In this document: one piece after another, positions 23,021-35,005 of the stretch
Layout of the letters: each line of letters begins with the position of its first letter
Numbering within the stretch: the stretch's first letter is position 1
NCBI RefSeq assembly: GCF_009834535.1
Contig: NC_045697.1
Coordinates: forward strand, 19,470,001-19,534,000
Reading direction: 5' to 3'
DNA length: 64,000 bases
Source of the DNA: Camelus ferus
Taxonomy: Eukaryota
The notes under the pieces: model-generated
Seen by the model: the letters and a program-made list of their open reading frames with translations, nothing else
Databases searched by the model: none
What the model was told of the DNA's origin: nothing
Position numbers and translations under genes: made by a program

Positions 23021-26000
23021 AACAAATTAATATCATCTTAATAGTTCCTTCCCCCTACAATTTCAACTGAAATGGGGGTAGGAACCTGATACTAGAAGCC
23101 TTGCTGAGGTTCTTGTATTCTGAAAGTCCACTTTCAGAATAACAATCTCTTTAAATTCAACCCATTTATTTGCTGCTAATGAAATTAAGACAGGCAGAAC
23201 AGGCCTGGCTGAGTGGGGAAAAAAAATCTGGATTTGAGTGTAAGCACAGTTTCAAGTCTAATTTCTTTTATCTGTGACTTTGGAGAAGTCTCGCTATATA
23301 AGTAGAGTCATAATAGTTGGGTCAGATTAAATGATCCCCCACATCCTTTCCAACTCTTAAGGTCCATGACTCTGTAACAGATGACTTTCCTACAGAACCA
23401 TGGCTATTTGATGAAAGCATTTCAAACTGTCCCCTAGACCTTTGGGTTCCTAATCTCCTATGAGATATAGAATCCTAAGCATTCTTTCCAGGTAAGAATA
23501 ACAGAAGACTGCCGATGGGTTTCAGGATGGGCTAAAGTCAGGAGATTTCTCTCTGGGATTGAGAGAAAGTATTTTGGCCAAGTCTGGGGGAAAGATAATG
23601 AACAAAAAGTAGCAATAATTAATGGATGCATTAGGATCTCATTTTAATTTGTTGCCTTCATGAACTTTTGTTAAAAGTTGAGTCCTCCATTCTCTGATCT
23701 ATTCTGCTTATTGGATTAAAGCAGGGTGGGCAATCGCCCTGGGTGGGGAGTCACCCTGCATGGGGCACAGACGTCAGAGGCCTTGATCATAATTATACCC
23801 TGGAGATCTAAAACCTCTAGACTGGAGAAGTGAGGATAATCAAAGGCAGGCGGCCAGTCTGAAGCTGCAGGGATCAACTGGAAGGGCTTGGTGGAAAGTA
23901 AGCACCAATGTTTGATGGAGATGGACCAAAAATGGGAAATGGGTAACTGAGGGAGTGGTACAGCATAAGGTGGAGGGGGATGGAAAATGATCCTTAGGCA
24001 GTATCAGGCCTGAATACTTTATTACTTTCCCAGTTGTTTCTATAAACTAGATTCAGATAAACTCGCAAGTGAGAAATGCCAATTTGTGTGATTTACCAAG
24101 CAGAATTTAGCTACCAATGTAATTAGACTAGAATGCTGGCAAATCTCTTCTGGAAATGAGTTGAAAGTTAGAAGTCTGCCTGGTGAGCACAGCATTAGAA
24201 CAAAGGGAGTTAGTGTTAGGAGATGAACGTTTGACGACTGTGGGCTAAGAGACCCAGGGTCGGTTCTCCACAAGAGGGACATGCAGGGCTTGGAGGGCTG
24301 GAGGCTGGGAGCCAGGGCCCCTCCCTTCTGCCAACACTAGGCTCTGCCTCTGTTTTCCTAAACTCCAAGGGACCTCTTCTCCGTCCTTGTCCTTGGCTCA
24401 CTCATTCTTCAGATAACCTTTTATTACATAACATCCATTTTGATTTCCTTGCTTGTTTACACCAAATCATTGGATCTTTCAGGCATCTTTTGCATATTTT
24501 TACATCTCTTAGTGTTGACTTTCTAGTTTAAATTTTCTGGTTTAATTCTCAGAATTCAGGCTATACGTTGCTGTCATTCTTATCTTTTCCTGTTATTATT
24601 TTTAAAGGGATTCTGATCAACACTTTTCTCCTAGAATTCATGATTGGTTCATAGAAAGAAAAATAAAATTAACCTATGTGTGTTTTGGAACTGTCCCTCT
24701 CTGCTGCCACTTTGCTAAAGAGAATTTGATGCCCTGCGTTTACCCTCTGCTCTTTGAAATGGGTTCTGCTGTTGCTAGATTTGTCCCTTAGGTTGCTATG
24801 GTGTTAAAAATCACCTTTGGACTCTTGTTAGACTTTGCTTCTTGATTGGTAAAATGAGAACTTGGAGATGAGAGCTCTGAGAGGTTTTTTTCTTCCAGTC
24901 TCAATATATAACCTTTCTGTGGTTCTTCTCCTTGGGCTGGTTTCACACATCACGAGGATTTGGACTTTATGATAGAAAGTTTTACAATGATATTTTAACG
25001 GGTCATTTAAAGAATGAGGGGGAATCATTCTCATAATCAGTTACCAAATGCTTTTTAAGAAAAAAGTTTGGAGCCAAAACTACACTGCAAAAGATGAGTG
25101 TGTGTGTATGTGTGTGTGTGGTGGTGGGGGCGGGATACAAGACATACCATTAACTGAGAGTTCATTGGAGTTATTTTCTTTTTTTCCAGCTAGGCACATT
25201 TAGTCCTTCTCTTCCAATAAACTTCAGTCTGGTAAGTAGAATGATGGCAGTGATTTACTGAAGTGAATTGGTTCATTTTCGGAGACCCCCCCAAAGGATA
25301 ACGCTAAAGTAACGTGAAAGGAATTGTTTCAACTGTTAATTAAAACAAAACAAAATAAACAAAGAAAAAAACTTACGTACATGGGAAGATTTACTGATGT
25401 TAGTATTTCTTTTCTGTGGAAGGATAAGGATCTTTATAGATTGTGCATTCAGAAAATTAACAAGATTTACAAGAACACATTGCAATCCTACGGTAACAGA
25501 TATAACCACGAAGACATTATAATAGCATTATTTTAAAATGATGCTGGAAGAATATTAGGTTAATTCCATAATGACTGTAGCATCCTCTGCCCAGAAGAGG
25601 AAATGCCAGCTCCAAAAATTACTGCTGCTGATTATGACATGGAAGTAGCTTATTAAAACTGTCAAATGACAAGAAAGCTATACATTAATGGATGGTATTA
25701 AAAGCAAACCTTGACAGCCATGCAAAAAAGTATATTTGTTCAAAAGAACACATACAACTTCTTTCCTGTGTTTATAAGAAGTAGGAGAACTCAACAGCAA
25801 ATCCAAGAGCTGCCAAGGCAGTCCATGTTTAACGGAGGACCAGGCAAGCTCAACCTGCTTGTGGCCAGTTTGTTTCTCCACGATGCCCCCTCTGTGGCTG
25901 GGAAGCAGACCACAAGGTTTCCTCTCCCTGCCCTTCAGTCCCGTTTATAGGACTGGACCAGCAGTCTTCTTCTGGTGTTGAGAACCTGTGAGGCTCACTT

Positions 26001-27084
26001 GATGTTTCTAGAGCCCTATGACACCTTCGGGTGCAAGACAGCATCACTGATAGTATTCTCACTTCCGGTGTGCACCTTGAATGGTCCTAAAACTCAGGAT
26101 GCTTTGCAGAGTTGTGTGCTGACAGGAAGCCCTTTTCTGATGGGTTAGCAAGTAAAATACAAAGTTGTTTGGGTGACCGCAGTGAGATGTAGTGCCAATG
26201 TATTCATTCTCCTGACAGACGCCAGGATGAGAGAGGATACATTTGGATGTTATTCTCTGTGTGCAGCTCTTAGATTGCCTTTTAGAGGAAATCAGCAACT
26301 TGCCTTTAGGTAAATATTTTGGAAGTTTACTATTGTTGCTTAGAATTTTTTGTTGTAAGTGAGCACAGCGCTTAATGAAATTCACCTCGTATCTCATTAG
26401 TTCATTTAACGGTGGGGAATTTACATTCCACAGAGACCTATTAAGGGAAGTAATTTTATTAAAATCCTAATTATTATTTTAAGGCATATAAATTAATATT
26501 CTTATTTGTGAAGTGCTCCCTCTCCATGCTTTGGATGCTGCATTGACAATTAAAATATAATAAAGATGATTAATAATGTATAAACATAAAATTAAAATAT
26601 CATAAAATACGCAATTAAAAAACACTAAAAATCCTAGCTGAGCGGAATCACTAGAAAAGGCTAATCACGACTGGAAGAGAAATGCTTCTGGAAGATGATG
26701 TTGCTAAGCATTATTTAACCATGGAGAATTTTTTAAAAAAATGCTTGATTCATGACTTATCAGGGATAATGATGTGAATCTTGTTAGATCCTTGATGTTC
26801 AAAATGAGAAAACCAAAGGGACCTGGGTCATGCCCTGATACATAATTTGACCTTCTAGTTGCTTCTGTGTCATAAAAAGCCCATCTCAAACCCGAAGGAA
26901 TGTGACCAGGTGTGTTGTCAAGCATGTACCATGGATAATAATCAATTTCAATATTATTTTATTAAATTTAATACTGTTTATGTGAGTATTGACATGCACG
27001 CATTATTCAAAACAGCTCTCTCAAAGCCAGACTAGATAACCTCTAAAGTCCTTTCCTGCTTCAAAATTCTACTCCGAGCTGTGG

Positions 27085-27260
27085 TGTAAGTGAACAGCAT
27101 TGAACAAAGATTGAAGACATCTGGGTCTGATGGTTTTGCCCTCCAGGACCTCAGTTTCCTTATCTGTAAAATGGGGAGTGTAACCTCTTCTTCACTGGAT
27201 TGCTGAGAGGAATAAATACAAAATGTACGTGAAGATGCTTTTTGAAAGGTGTAAATTCCT
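27085..27260 (+). mobile_element. MIR SINE
   Basis: cctcagtttccttatctgtaaaatgggga...gaggaataaat. Confidence 0.7.
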
Positions 27261-28503
27261 AGAAATAGCACAAATACTTTAGCTTTTGCCCATAGGACAC
27301 TCAGATCCAGATCTGATGTTTTTGTCCCGTAGCTCTGGATGATCTTTTGGGAGAGCAAGTTGATTCCATCTCCTTTCCTGATTTCTGGTTTTCTGTTTTC
27401 TAAAAAAAAAAAAAATGATTTCACACAAAATATATTTTTTTTCCTTTCTTGACAATCTCACATCTTTTCTGAAAAGAAACAGGTTGGAAATAAATAAAAA
27501 GTTAAAATGCTGTTTTCATTGTTTTATGAAAAGGACTTGAGCCATGGAATACTTAATTAGGATAATAACACATCATGATAGGGAATTTTAAATCTATTAG
27601 AAATTGATTCCTTTGTGTCTCTAAAAGTGCTTTGATTTTCAAGATGCTGCTGGTAAAATACCCTGGAATTAAAAAAACTTTTTAAAATTCTTGCCTGTGT
27701 CTTTTATGGGTCAGAGGGAGGAGTTTTGCTTTCTAACTGAACAGGCAGCTAAGAGTGAGGCTGTGAGGGTGGTGAAAATCACAACCGCTGTGCCAGGTGT
27801 TACTGCAAGTGTGGTGTGTAACTTGTCCCCATCGTTAATACAGTACTGACTTGTTGGCAATGGTCGCCCTTTTGTACACATATGGAGACAGGAGCACAGG
27901 GAGATAAACTCGGTTTACATGGATGTAAGATTATAAGGCTGGTCGGCCCTGAAGCTGGGAGCCAGAGTAGACATGAGAGAGGATGGCACCACCAAGAAGG
28001 CACTGGTGGTGGACAGGCGCTGGCCAAACCTCCACCACAAGTTTGCCTGGGAGATCTGTGTCCTTCTTGCCTGATGGAAAAGGCGAGACCCTGAGGATGG
28101 ACACACGTATGTTTTCACTAGATTGTGTTTTGTGGGGTGTTAGGTGGTATTGGTGCACCTCCTCCACGATGGTGAGATTTGCTGCTTCGTTCAAGAGATG
28201 GAATAAAATAGCTTATTAGTCCTTTAACTAGTGTCTCTACTCTTAATACATACAGTGAGAACACAGGATTTTTACATCAGTTTTGTCATCTGGGAAATAG
28301 AAATAACAGTACCCGTTATCTACTTAAGAGGATTAAATTTGGCAGTTTATAACCTAATGCCTGTCAAAATCAAAGGTTTGATAATGTTAGCTGTTGCTGG
28401 TATAATTTTCTCAACTGCTGGGAACAACCAGAATGCACATAACTGGGGTTTCCCAAGATTGAACTTGCCCTAGGTCGTGAATCCTTCCATGGCCTCTTAT
28501 GAC

Positions 28504-28828
28504 ATATGTGGACTGAATGCTTATGTCCCTTGGAATCCTAACCCCCAATGCGATGGTGTTAAGAGGTGGGGCCTTTGGGAGGTAACTGGGTCATGAGGGT
28601 GGAGTCCTTACGAATGAGATTAGTGCCCTTATAAGGAGAAACACTGGGGCTTGCTTGCTCATGGACTGCCTTCTACAAGCCAGGAAGTGGGCCTTCACCA
28701 GACTCTGGCTCTGTTGGCACCTTTGATCTTGGACTTCCCAGCCTCCAGAATGGGGAAGTCAGTGTTCATTATTTATAAGTTACTCAGTCTATGGTATTCT
28801 GTTACAGCAGCCTGAACAGACTAAGGCA
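28504..28828 (+). mobile_element. MLT1A-type MaLR solo LTR
   Basis: tggactgaatg...gaggtggggcctttgggaggt...ttgatcttggacttcccagcctccagaa...cagcagcctgaacagactaaggca. Confidence 0.85.
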
Positions 28829-29964
28829 GGCAGAAACCATAATTCCAAAGTTCTACTGGTTTAAAGCTTAGTGTCCTTGGGATCAATGTTCAGTGAGATT
28901 CCTTTTCTCCTCCCCAGGATGGCATCTGGGATAATGGGAAGGAGGTCTACCTGTGTGGTTCCTTTCCTGCTACTATTTTTCACATCATCACTGGTTTGGT
29001 CCCCACTGTGGGAGCCGTTCAAAGATGGTGGCAGCAAGATCTGGGATCTGGTGGGGGAACTGGGAGGCAAACACCGTCTCCATCTGGGCTGGCTTATTGT
29101 TGAGATTCACAGCTGGCCGGTGGTCTTGGATTATGTGGTGCACACACACACCCTCATCCCCACCCATGCTCCATGAGCATTCAGCTTTACTTCTGCCTCC
29201 TGGGGCGAGGGGCTGTCACTTCCCACTTTGGGCTCTGCCAGCCCAAGGGCCCACCTTCTGGTGGGCAGCGTGTTGACATGATGCCTCCACCAGCCTCGGT
29301 GCCTCTCCACTCAGTGGCCCTGAATCACACTGAGTGCCCTTCTGTGCTTCCAGAGCACAAGGAGTGGGGAGGGGGTCCCTTTTGACAAGGAACACCTCCG
29401 TCTGGCTCCCTCACACCCCACCGAGGGGGATTCATTTGTCAGCCTCCTGTTTTCAGCCATCTTCTAAGGAAATGGGAATTCAGTCTTCTTATGATGAAAT
29501 CATCTCACAGCCCAGGAGAGATTCTCTTGCCCACCCCCCGACTCCAGGAATCACGTGGTAATACGGCTTATAATCCTCTTCTCCCTCTGTCAGCTCTACT
29601 CTGCTCTTCCCCAGACTCACCCCTGCATTTTTTCCAGGACTGGTGGCAGAAATGAGGAACCCCAGACCATTTCTACATTCAAGGTTACAGTCTCTCTGTC
29701 TGAACCACCTTGTCCCCCTGAAGAGGCATGTCTGGCACCTGAGAGTGGTGGTTCTTTAAATATCAAGACGGAAGAGTGGAATCTTTTTCTCATTTATCTT
29801 AGCCTGCTACCATTAGTGGATGTTTGCCACACGCCAAGCCTTGAGCTCTGTGCCTCATGGGTAGCATTGCCTTAAATCCTGAGGGCTCCCCCTGAGAAGG
29901 AGGAGTCTGCTGCTTTTATAGAAGATGGGGATGAGGCTCAGAAGGGTGAAATTAGAGGGTCAGG

Positions 29965-29978
29965 CCAGCAGGTGGCGG
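29965..29978 (+). promoter_or_regulatory. CTCF core motif match
   Basis: CCAGCAGGTGGCGG matches CCASYAGRKGGCRS exactly; motif only, no binding evidence. Confidence 0.4.
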
Positions 29979-30859
29979 GCTTGGGACTCCCCCTGAGGAA
30001 TTTAGCTCCAGTAGCCCAATGAATAATTGGGAGGCTGAATGTTTCATGCTGGAAAGCACTAGATTGTATGTGTTCCCAGCTTTCTCTCTCCATGTCCCTC
30101 TTTGTCACTCTGTCTCTTTCTCTCTCTCGGTTTAATGAGGAAGATTCTGCCCTAAAGCCACAATGAATTGATGCTTCACTGCTGCTTCCCATCTCATGTC
30201 TTACCGTGTTGTTCTTTCCTCCTGGGTTCTCTCTATCTGGAAAGCACAACTCACTTTCCAGTGCTCATGTGTAAAATGTTGCCTTCTCTATCACATCACC
30301 CCCATGCCCTCCTTGGAGAAAGAACTGCTCACTCATTTTGTGCCTGCGTGAAGCATTGTGTGTGTGTGTAACCTATTGTAGAACTTGGGCTGTGGTTGCC
30401 AGATCTCTCCTCTTCTGACGATCTTTCCCGCCAGTTAGAACCAGTCTGAAACTAACATGTATTTTTCAGTCAACATGTGCATTTAATGTTGCGTTCTCCC
30501 ATCCCCTCTTCTTTCTCAATGCCGTTTGCCCGTTTTCCCTTTTCAGAATTAGGAAATATGATCCATGCTTGCCTTTGAATCTTGCCTGGTGTGTGAACTC
30601 AGAAGTGCACACATCAGTGGAATATTTGTCATCTCCTTAGTCCCAAGCACTTGACAATTTGTCTTGTGCATAATAAGCTATTGAATAAATGAATGCATAC
30701 ATAAATAAATGATGGACCAAAAAGAACACGATTATGATAAGTGAAATGCATTTAACTTATGGCTTCATAGTGTATCGGGCACTTGCTTGGAAGTTTTCTT
30801 TCAAAACTCTGTGACTTGGAATCTTTATTTAAGGGAATCAGACACATTTTTACTAAATA

Positions 30860-30990
30860 TTTGACTCCCCACCTGCAATTGCCACTTCCTAGCTATGTGA
30901 CTGTATGTCAGTCAGTTGAACCTTGGTTTCCTTATCTGGAAAGATAGGATAATAGTAGTTATCTACTTCGGAGATTTAGGAAGATTTTAT
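30860..30990 (+). mobile_element. MIR SINE
   Basis: gccacttcctagctatgtgact...ggtttccttatctggaaagataggataatagtag. Confidence 0.65.
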
Positions 30991-31099
30991 AAACTATGTA
31001 CCTCGCCTCTGTAAGATGGTTCTTTGGGGATTGCTATAATCTTCACATGTCACAGAGCTAACCCAGGTCTCTAATTAGCCACTGATGCTTTCACTCTGG

Positions 31100-31795
31100 A
31101 GTACTTATGGTTGCTGACACCGCAGTTCCCTCTTCTTCTCCTCTCTAGCATAACGCTTTTTAGGGATTCACGCCTCCCCATGCAGCCATGGGCTTTAGCC
31201 TACGCTGATCACAACTCCTATAAGAGCAGAAGGGGATTTCCATTTGCTTTGCGGGTAACGTGTTAGGGAAAAATGTGGCGTCCAATCAATGGGATGTGAG
31301 GGCGAAAGGACTCAGAGAGCTTCTTGGAAAAGTTTCATTGCTGGTAAAGGCGAACTACAGTCTCTGACTCTTAAGAATTATGTTTGCTGAGGTTCAGGGA
31401 GAAAACTGCAGTCAGGGGACTACAAGCCTCATTAATAGTAATAAAGAGGATGCATTCTTCAAAAATAAATGAACAGCGCATCCATAAATAACAGAGAGAG
31501 AGCCTCAGGGAGTGTTTGTCTCTCTGCTTCCTGTGGGCGTTACTGTCTGGAGTTGACACCTGCCTCAGTCATCATGCTCCCGTTCAGAGGTCATGTTGAT
31601 GCTGAAGATTCTGCAAGGCCAAGGGTTGGAGGGAACATGGACCCATGATGACGTTTTGAGTCTCTGAATCGCCCAACCCAGGAGCCTACCTACCCTGGAC
31701 TCCTGGTTATGCCAGAAAATGTATTATCGGATGTTTTAAGCCCTTGAGTTCGTATTTGTGTTGCCTACAGCCACCAGCACCCAGCTTCACTATTA
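31100..31795 (+). mobile_element. Old MaLR LTR (MLT1J/K-like), degenerate
   Basis: ccaatcaatgggatgtgagg; gatgacgttttgagtctctgaatc; cctggactcctggttatg...ttttaagcc; boundaries approximate. Confidence 0.55.
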
Positions 31796-34402
31796 TGTAC
31801 CCCAATTACTTTTATCCTCCCCAATAAACAATTTACCTCCTGCATTTTGGGGGCCATTTCTCTGCAATGCTAATGTTCTCATCCAGAAAGGGTTCTTCTT
31901 TTTGTAGCATTAATAACTTTTCTGCAAACCTATTTCCTATTGAGTTTAGCTTGGCTCTGTTCTTAAGGCATTTCTTAGTTTTTCCAGGCGCTCTGGTGGT
32001 TCCTCAAACCAGTAGTGTCCTGGCAGTGAGGAGGACACATGGCTGTTTATTGCCCAACAGACTCGTATTTTGGCTTCTTGTTACCTTGATGAATTTCCTC
32101 ATTTCTTCATTAATTTACAAATATGAATAGAACAGCTCTGGGGGAGACACTAGGTCAGGGTCTGGGGCTGCAACAATGAACAGATGGAAAGATCCTTACT
32201 TGGGGGCTAATGAGAATTTTTATGGCTGATCGTGGAAGAGGATGGGCCCCAAGAAAGTTAAGAGAAGAGGAAGCATATCCTTTGCTCTTGACTGATGCCA
32301 CTTCCAGAGGAACCAAGAGTTTTAAAATTATTCCTAGAATTAGAAAGAATGGCTAAAGTGAGCCATCATCTTTCTCTAACTGAATGTTTAACTCATTTTC
32401 TCTCTCCAACATCTTCTAGAGAAAGAAACACTTCTCCAGTATTAATGCTAGGAAACAAATGCAGGAACTGGAAACCAGCCGGAAGCAAGTATTGGTGTTG
32501 GCAATGACTTGGGTATAGGATTTGGGAACACTAGGTGAGGAGTTAGGGACTGGGAGAGCCCTCAAAGGATTCCAGCCAGCTAATGCTTTGAGGTATAAGG
32601 CACTGGTTCTCTCTAGGCATTACATCTTGAAGCGTGTAAAACTGGCTGTTGCCCCAGCTCCCTCCGACCTCTTACCCTGTGAAATTTTCTCATTTGGATG
32701 AATAAAGTTCAGAATCAATCTTGAGGCAATTAACAAATACCTCCAAAATTCACCCTTGGCAAATATAAGTAAAGGATTTCATTGAAAAAATAGTTACACT
32801 ATTTTTTATTGACAAAAATGAGGCACACTGCATTTTTATCCATTTGGACCTGTGATTTGGGGTGCCAGAGTCCAGGTTTTTAGCAATGATGATCCAAGCT
32901 CACGTGGATTCTTAAATAACTATTCACTTCCTCTTCCAGGTGGTGGCAACTCATTAAATTAGTGCTGATTAGCTGTGTTCTTGTTGGGAGATTTCCTGCC
33001 AGGTTTCAGGGGAGCAAATGTCTACAGCAAGTACGTACTTCTGCTGTGGGCCCATGGATCCTAGTACTCTGGGCTCAGTTATTGGTCTGTTTGGATGTTT
33101 TAGCCTCTTGGGTGTGGCCGTTAGGCGGTGGCATGAGTGCCATCTTCCCAAGTTCTGCTCATCAAGCCATGAACGCATATCTATTGATGGCACATTTGTA
33201 TAATGAATTTTCCAAATTGGGGCCACTCTGGAGAGTGAATGAGGACACTATTAATAATTATGCTGGGGAATACGGGTGAACTGGGACTGGCTTGAACAAA
33301 CTGGGCCTTATGCATGCCCTATCCATTGAACACCAGCTCTTTAGAAGTGGGGAGATTATAAATAATATGAAGACATAGAGACCTACCCAGGTCACTACTC
33401 TCAGCAAGGTACATTCCTCTCCACTAGCCAACACTGTCATCGGCAAATGCCCTGCTCTTCACGTCCTATAGTCTGTGAGATCTTTACAAACCTCTTTAAA
33501 TGTTGGATTCATTTGCTTTGTTTGAAATTCAAAAGGTTTGATGGCTAATTGCCTCATAGGAAGTCCCTTCAATTTGTCATTTTGCTAAAAATTAAATAAA
33601 TAAATGAATCATCCGTGCTTTTGCCTCTATTCAATATAATTAATTCTAATCTTCTGCATTTTCATTTTCTCTGTGTTTAATTCCATCATTTAAAAGACAC
33701 AAACAGAAGAGAACTCTTTTAAAATTAGTGGAATAATTGTGCTGCTCAGGCTGCTCTGTGAAAAGGCTGTTGAAAAAGATACCATGACCCGGTCTCAAAC
33801 ATTAAACGGTTTAGAAGGGAGACCTTCAAAATCTGATTGAAGCGACCACATTGAGAATTGTTTTTATCTTGCCTTATATGCTTTCTGATGTGTCCTATCT
33901 CCCCAGGACAGTGCTTTACTCTCGGAGAATATTAAGCATGGATTTTAGTTAATTAGTTAATACTATGGATAGCTTCATTTTTATATTTCCAATTCATTGT
34001 TTCCAGCATTGAAGGATATTATAAATAAACGTTCAGTTTTATAGCAAATAATCTGACTACTGAGATAATCTGAAAAGTGCTTCAGTAATCGCTTCTAGGC
34101 GCGCAAGACTTGTTGCTGCCTTGAAGGAAGAAGATATTTCAGGGCCTTTCAAGGCTCCCAAGTTGGAGGAAAGGGCTCATTGCCCTGGCTCATAAAACAC
34201 AACTTGCAGAGTTTTATATCCATAAGCTCACTTCTTTCCGAGGGGGGGATCCCACTCCCTAATGGTAAGGTATTCATAGTTACATATAGTGATTATAATA
34301 AAAATAGCAATCTACATTGGCACAGCGAATTATAACTTACAAAGTAGTTTTGCATGCGCATTATCTCCTATGACCCTTTCCATAACCACTGAAAGAAGTG
34401 TT

Positions 34403-35005
34403 TTTGACAGAGAATTTTATGAGTTCATAACATCCTATTTTCTTTTTCTCCTGGGCAATCTCAAGTTATTTTCCAGGCTCCCTTGAAGTTATGTATGGCT
34501 GTACTTGGGCCGATGGAATTGGGCAGAAGTGAGATATGTCATTTTTAAGCCTGGCCCATTAAAAACTCTTGGCCATTCCTCATACTTTGATTTTCCCTCA
34601 TGATTTTCCTCTTTGGTTGCAAGGAATCCAGAAGAGGATGTCAATAACCTAGGGCAGGGGTCAGAAAACCGTGGCCAGTGGGTCAAATCTGGTCTACCAT
34701 TTGTTTTTATATATAAAGTTTTATTAAAACTCAACCAGGTTGATTGCTTATATATTGTCAGTGGCTGCCTTTGTACAACAATGGCAAAGTTGAGTAGTTG
34801 TAATGTATGGATTGCTTTACACACAGTAAAGGGGATGACAAATCTACCAGATAGAGGGAACCTGGATCCCTGAATCACTGTGTGGAAGGTTGCAGGCTAA
34901 ACACCCATACTGAACACTATGTGAATAAGAAATAACCTTTTCTTGTATTAAGCCACTAAGGTTTTAATGTGTTTATTTTAGTCATTTTCCTATCTTTATT
35001 AACAT
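34403..35005 (+). mobile_element. MLT1H/I-like MaLR LTR split by MER58A, itself inside a MIR
   Basis: ttttccaggctcccttgaagtta...gcagaagtgagat; after MER58A: ggaacctggatccctgaatcactgtgtgga...aagaaataaccttt..tattaagccact. Confidence 0.6.
34655..34815 (+). mobile_element. MER58A (hAT-Charlie), 3'-truncated
   Basis: caggggtcagaaaaccgtggcc..gggtcaaatctgg...taaagttttatt...tggctgcctt..acaacaatggcaaagttgagtagttg. Confidence 0.8.

Noticed and set aside
23396..23491. 96-nt AG...GTAAGA exon-like segment (and a 26-nt one at 49367-49392)
   Set aside because: The 96-nt segment has stops in all three frames and a modest acceptor; such pairs are expected by chance in 64 kb
27780..28220. Overlapping ORF cluster followed by AATAAA at 28202, as a possible retrocopy or terminal exon
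   Set aside because: No recognisable protein, and no poly-A tail or TSD
28918..28965. Frame reading DGIWDNGKEVYLCGSF after a good acceptor, resembling AMPK beta-subunit GKEVYLSGSF
   Set aside because: Similarity is limited to about 10 residues, the following NNW and flanks do not match, and no donor or further exons are evident; most likely coincidence (TBLASTN with PRKAB1/2 would settle it)
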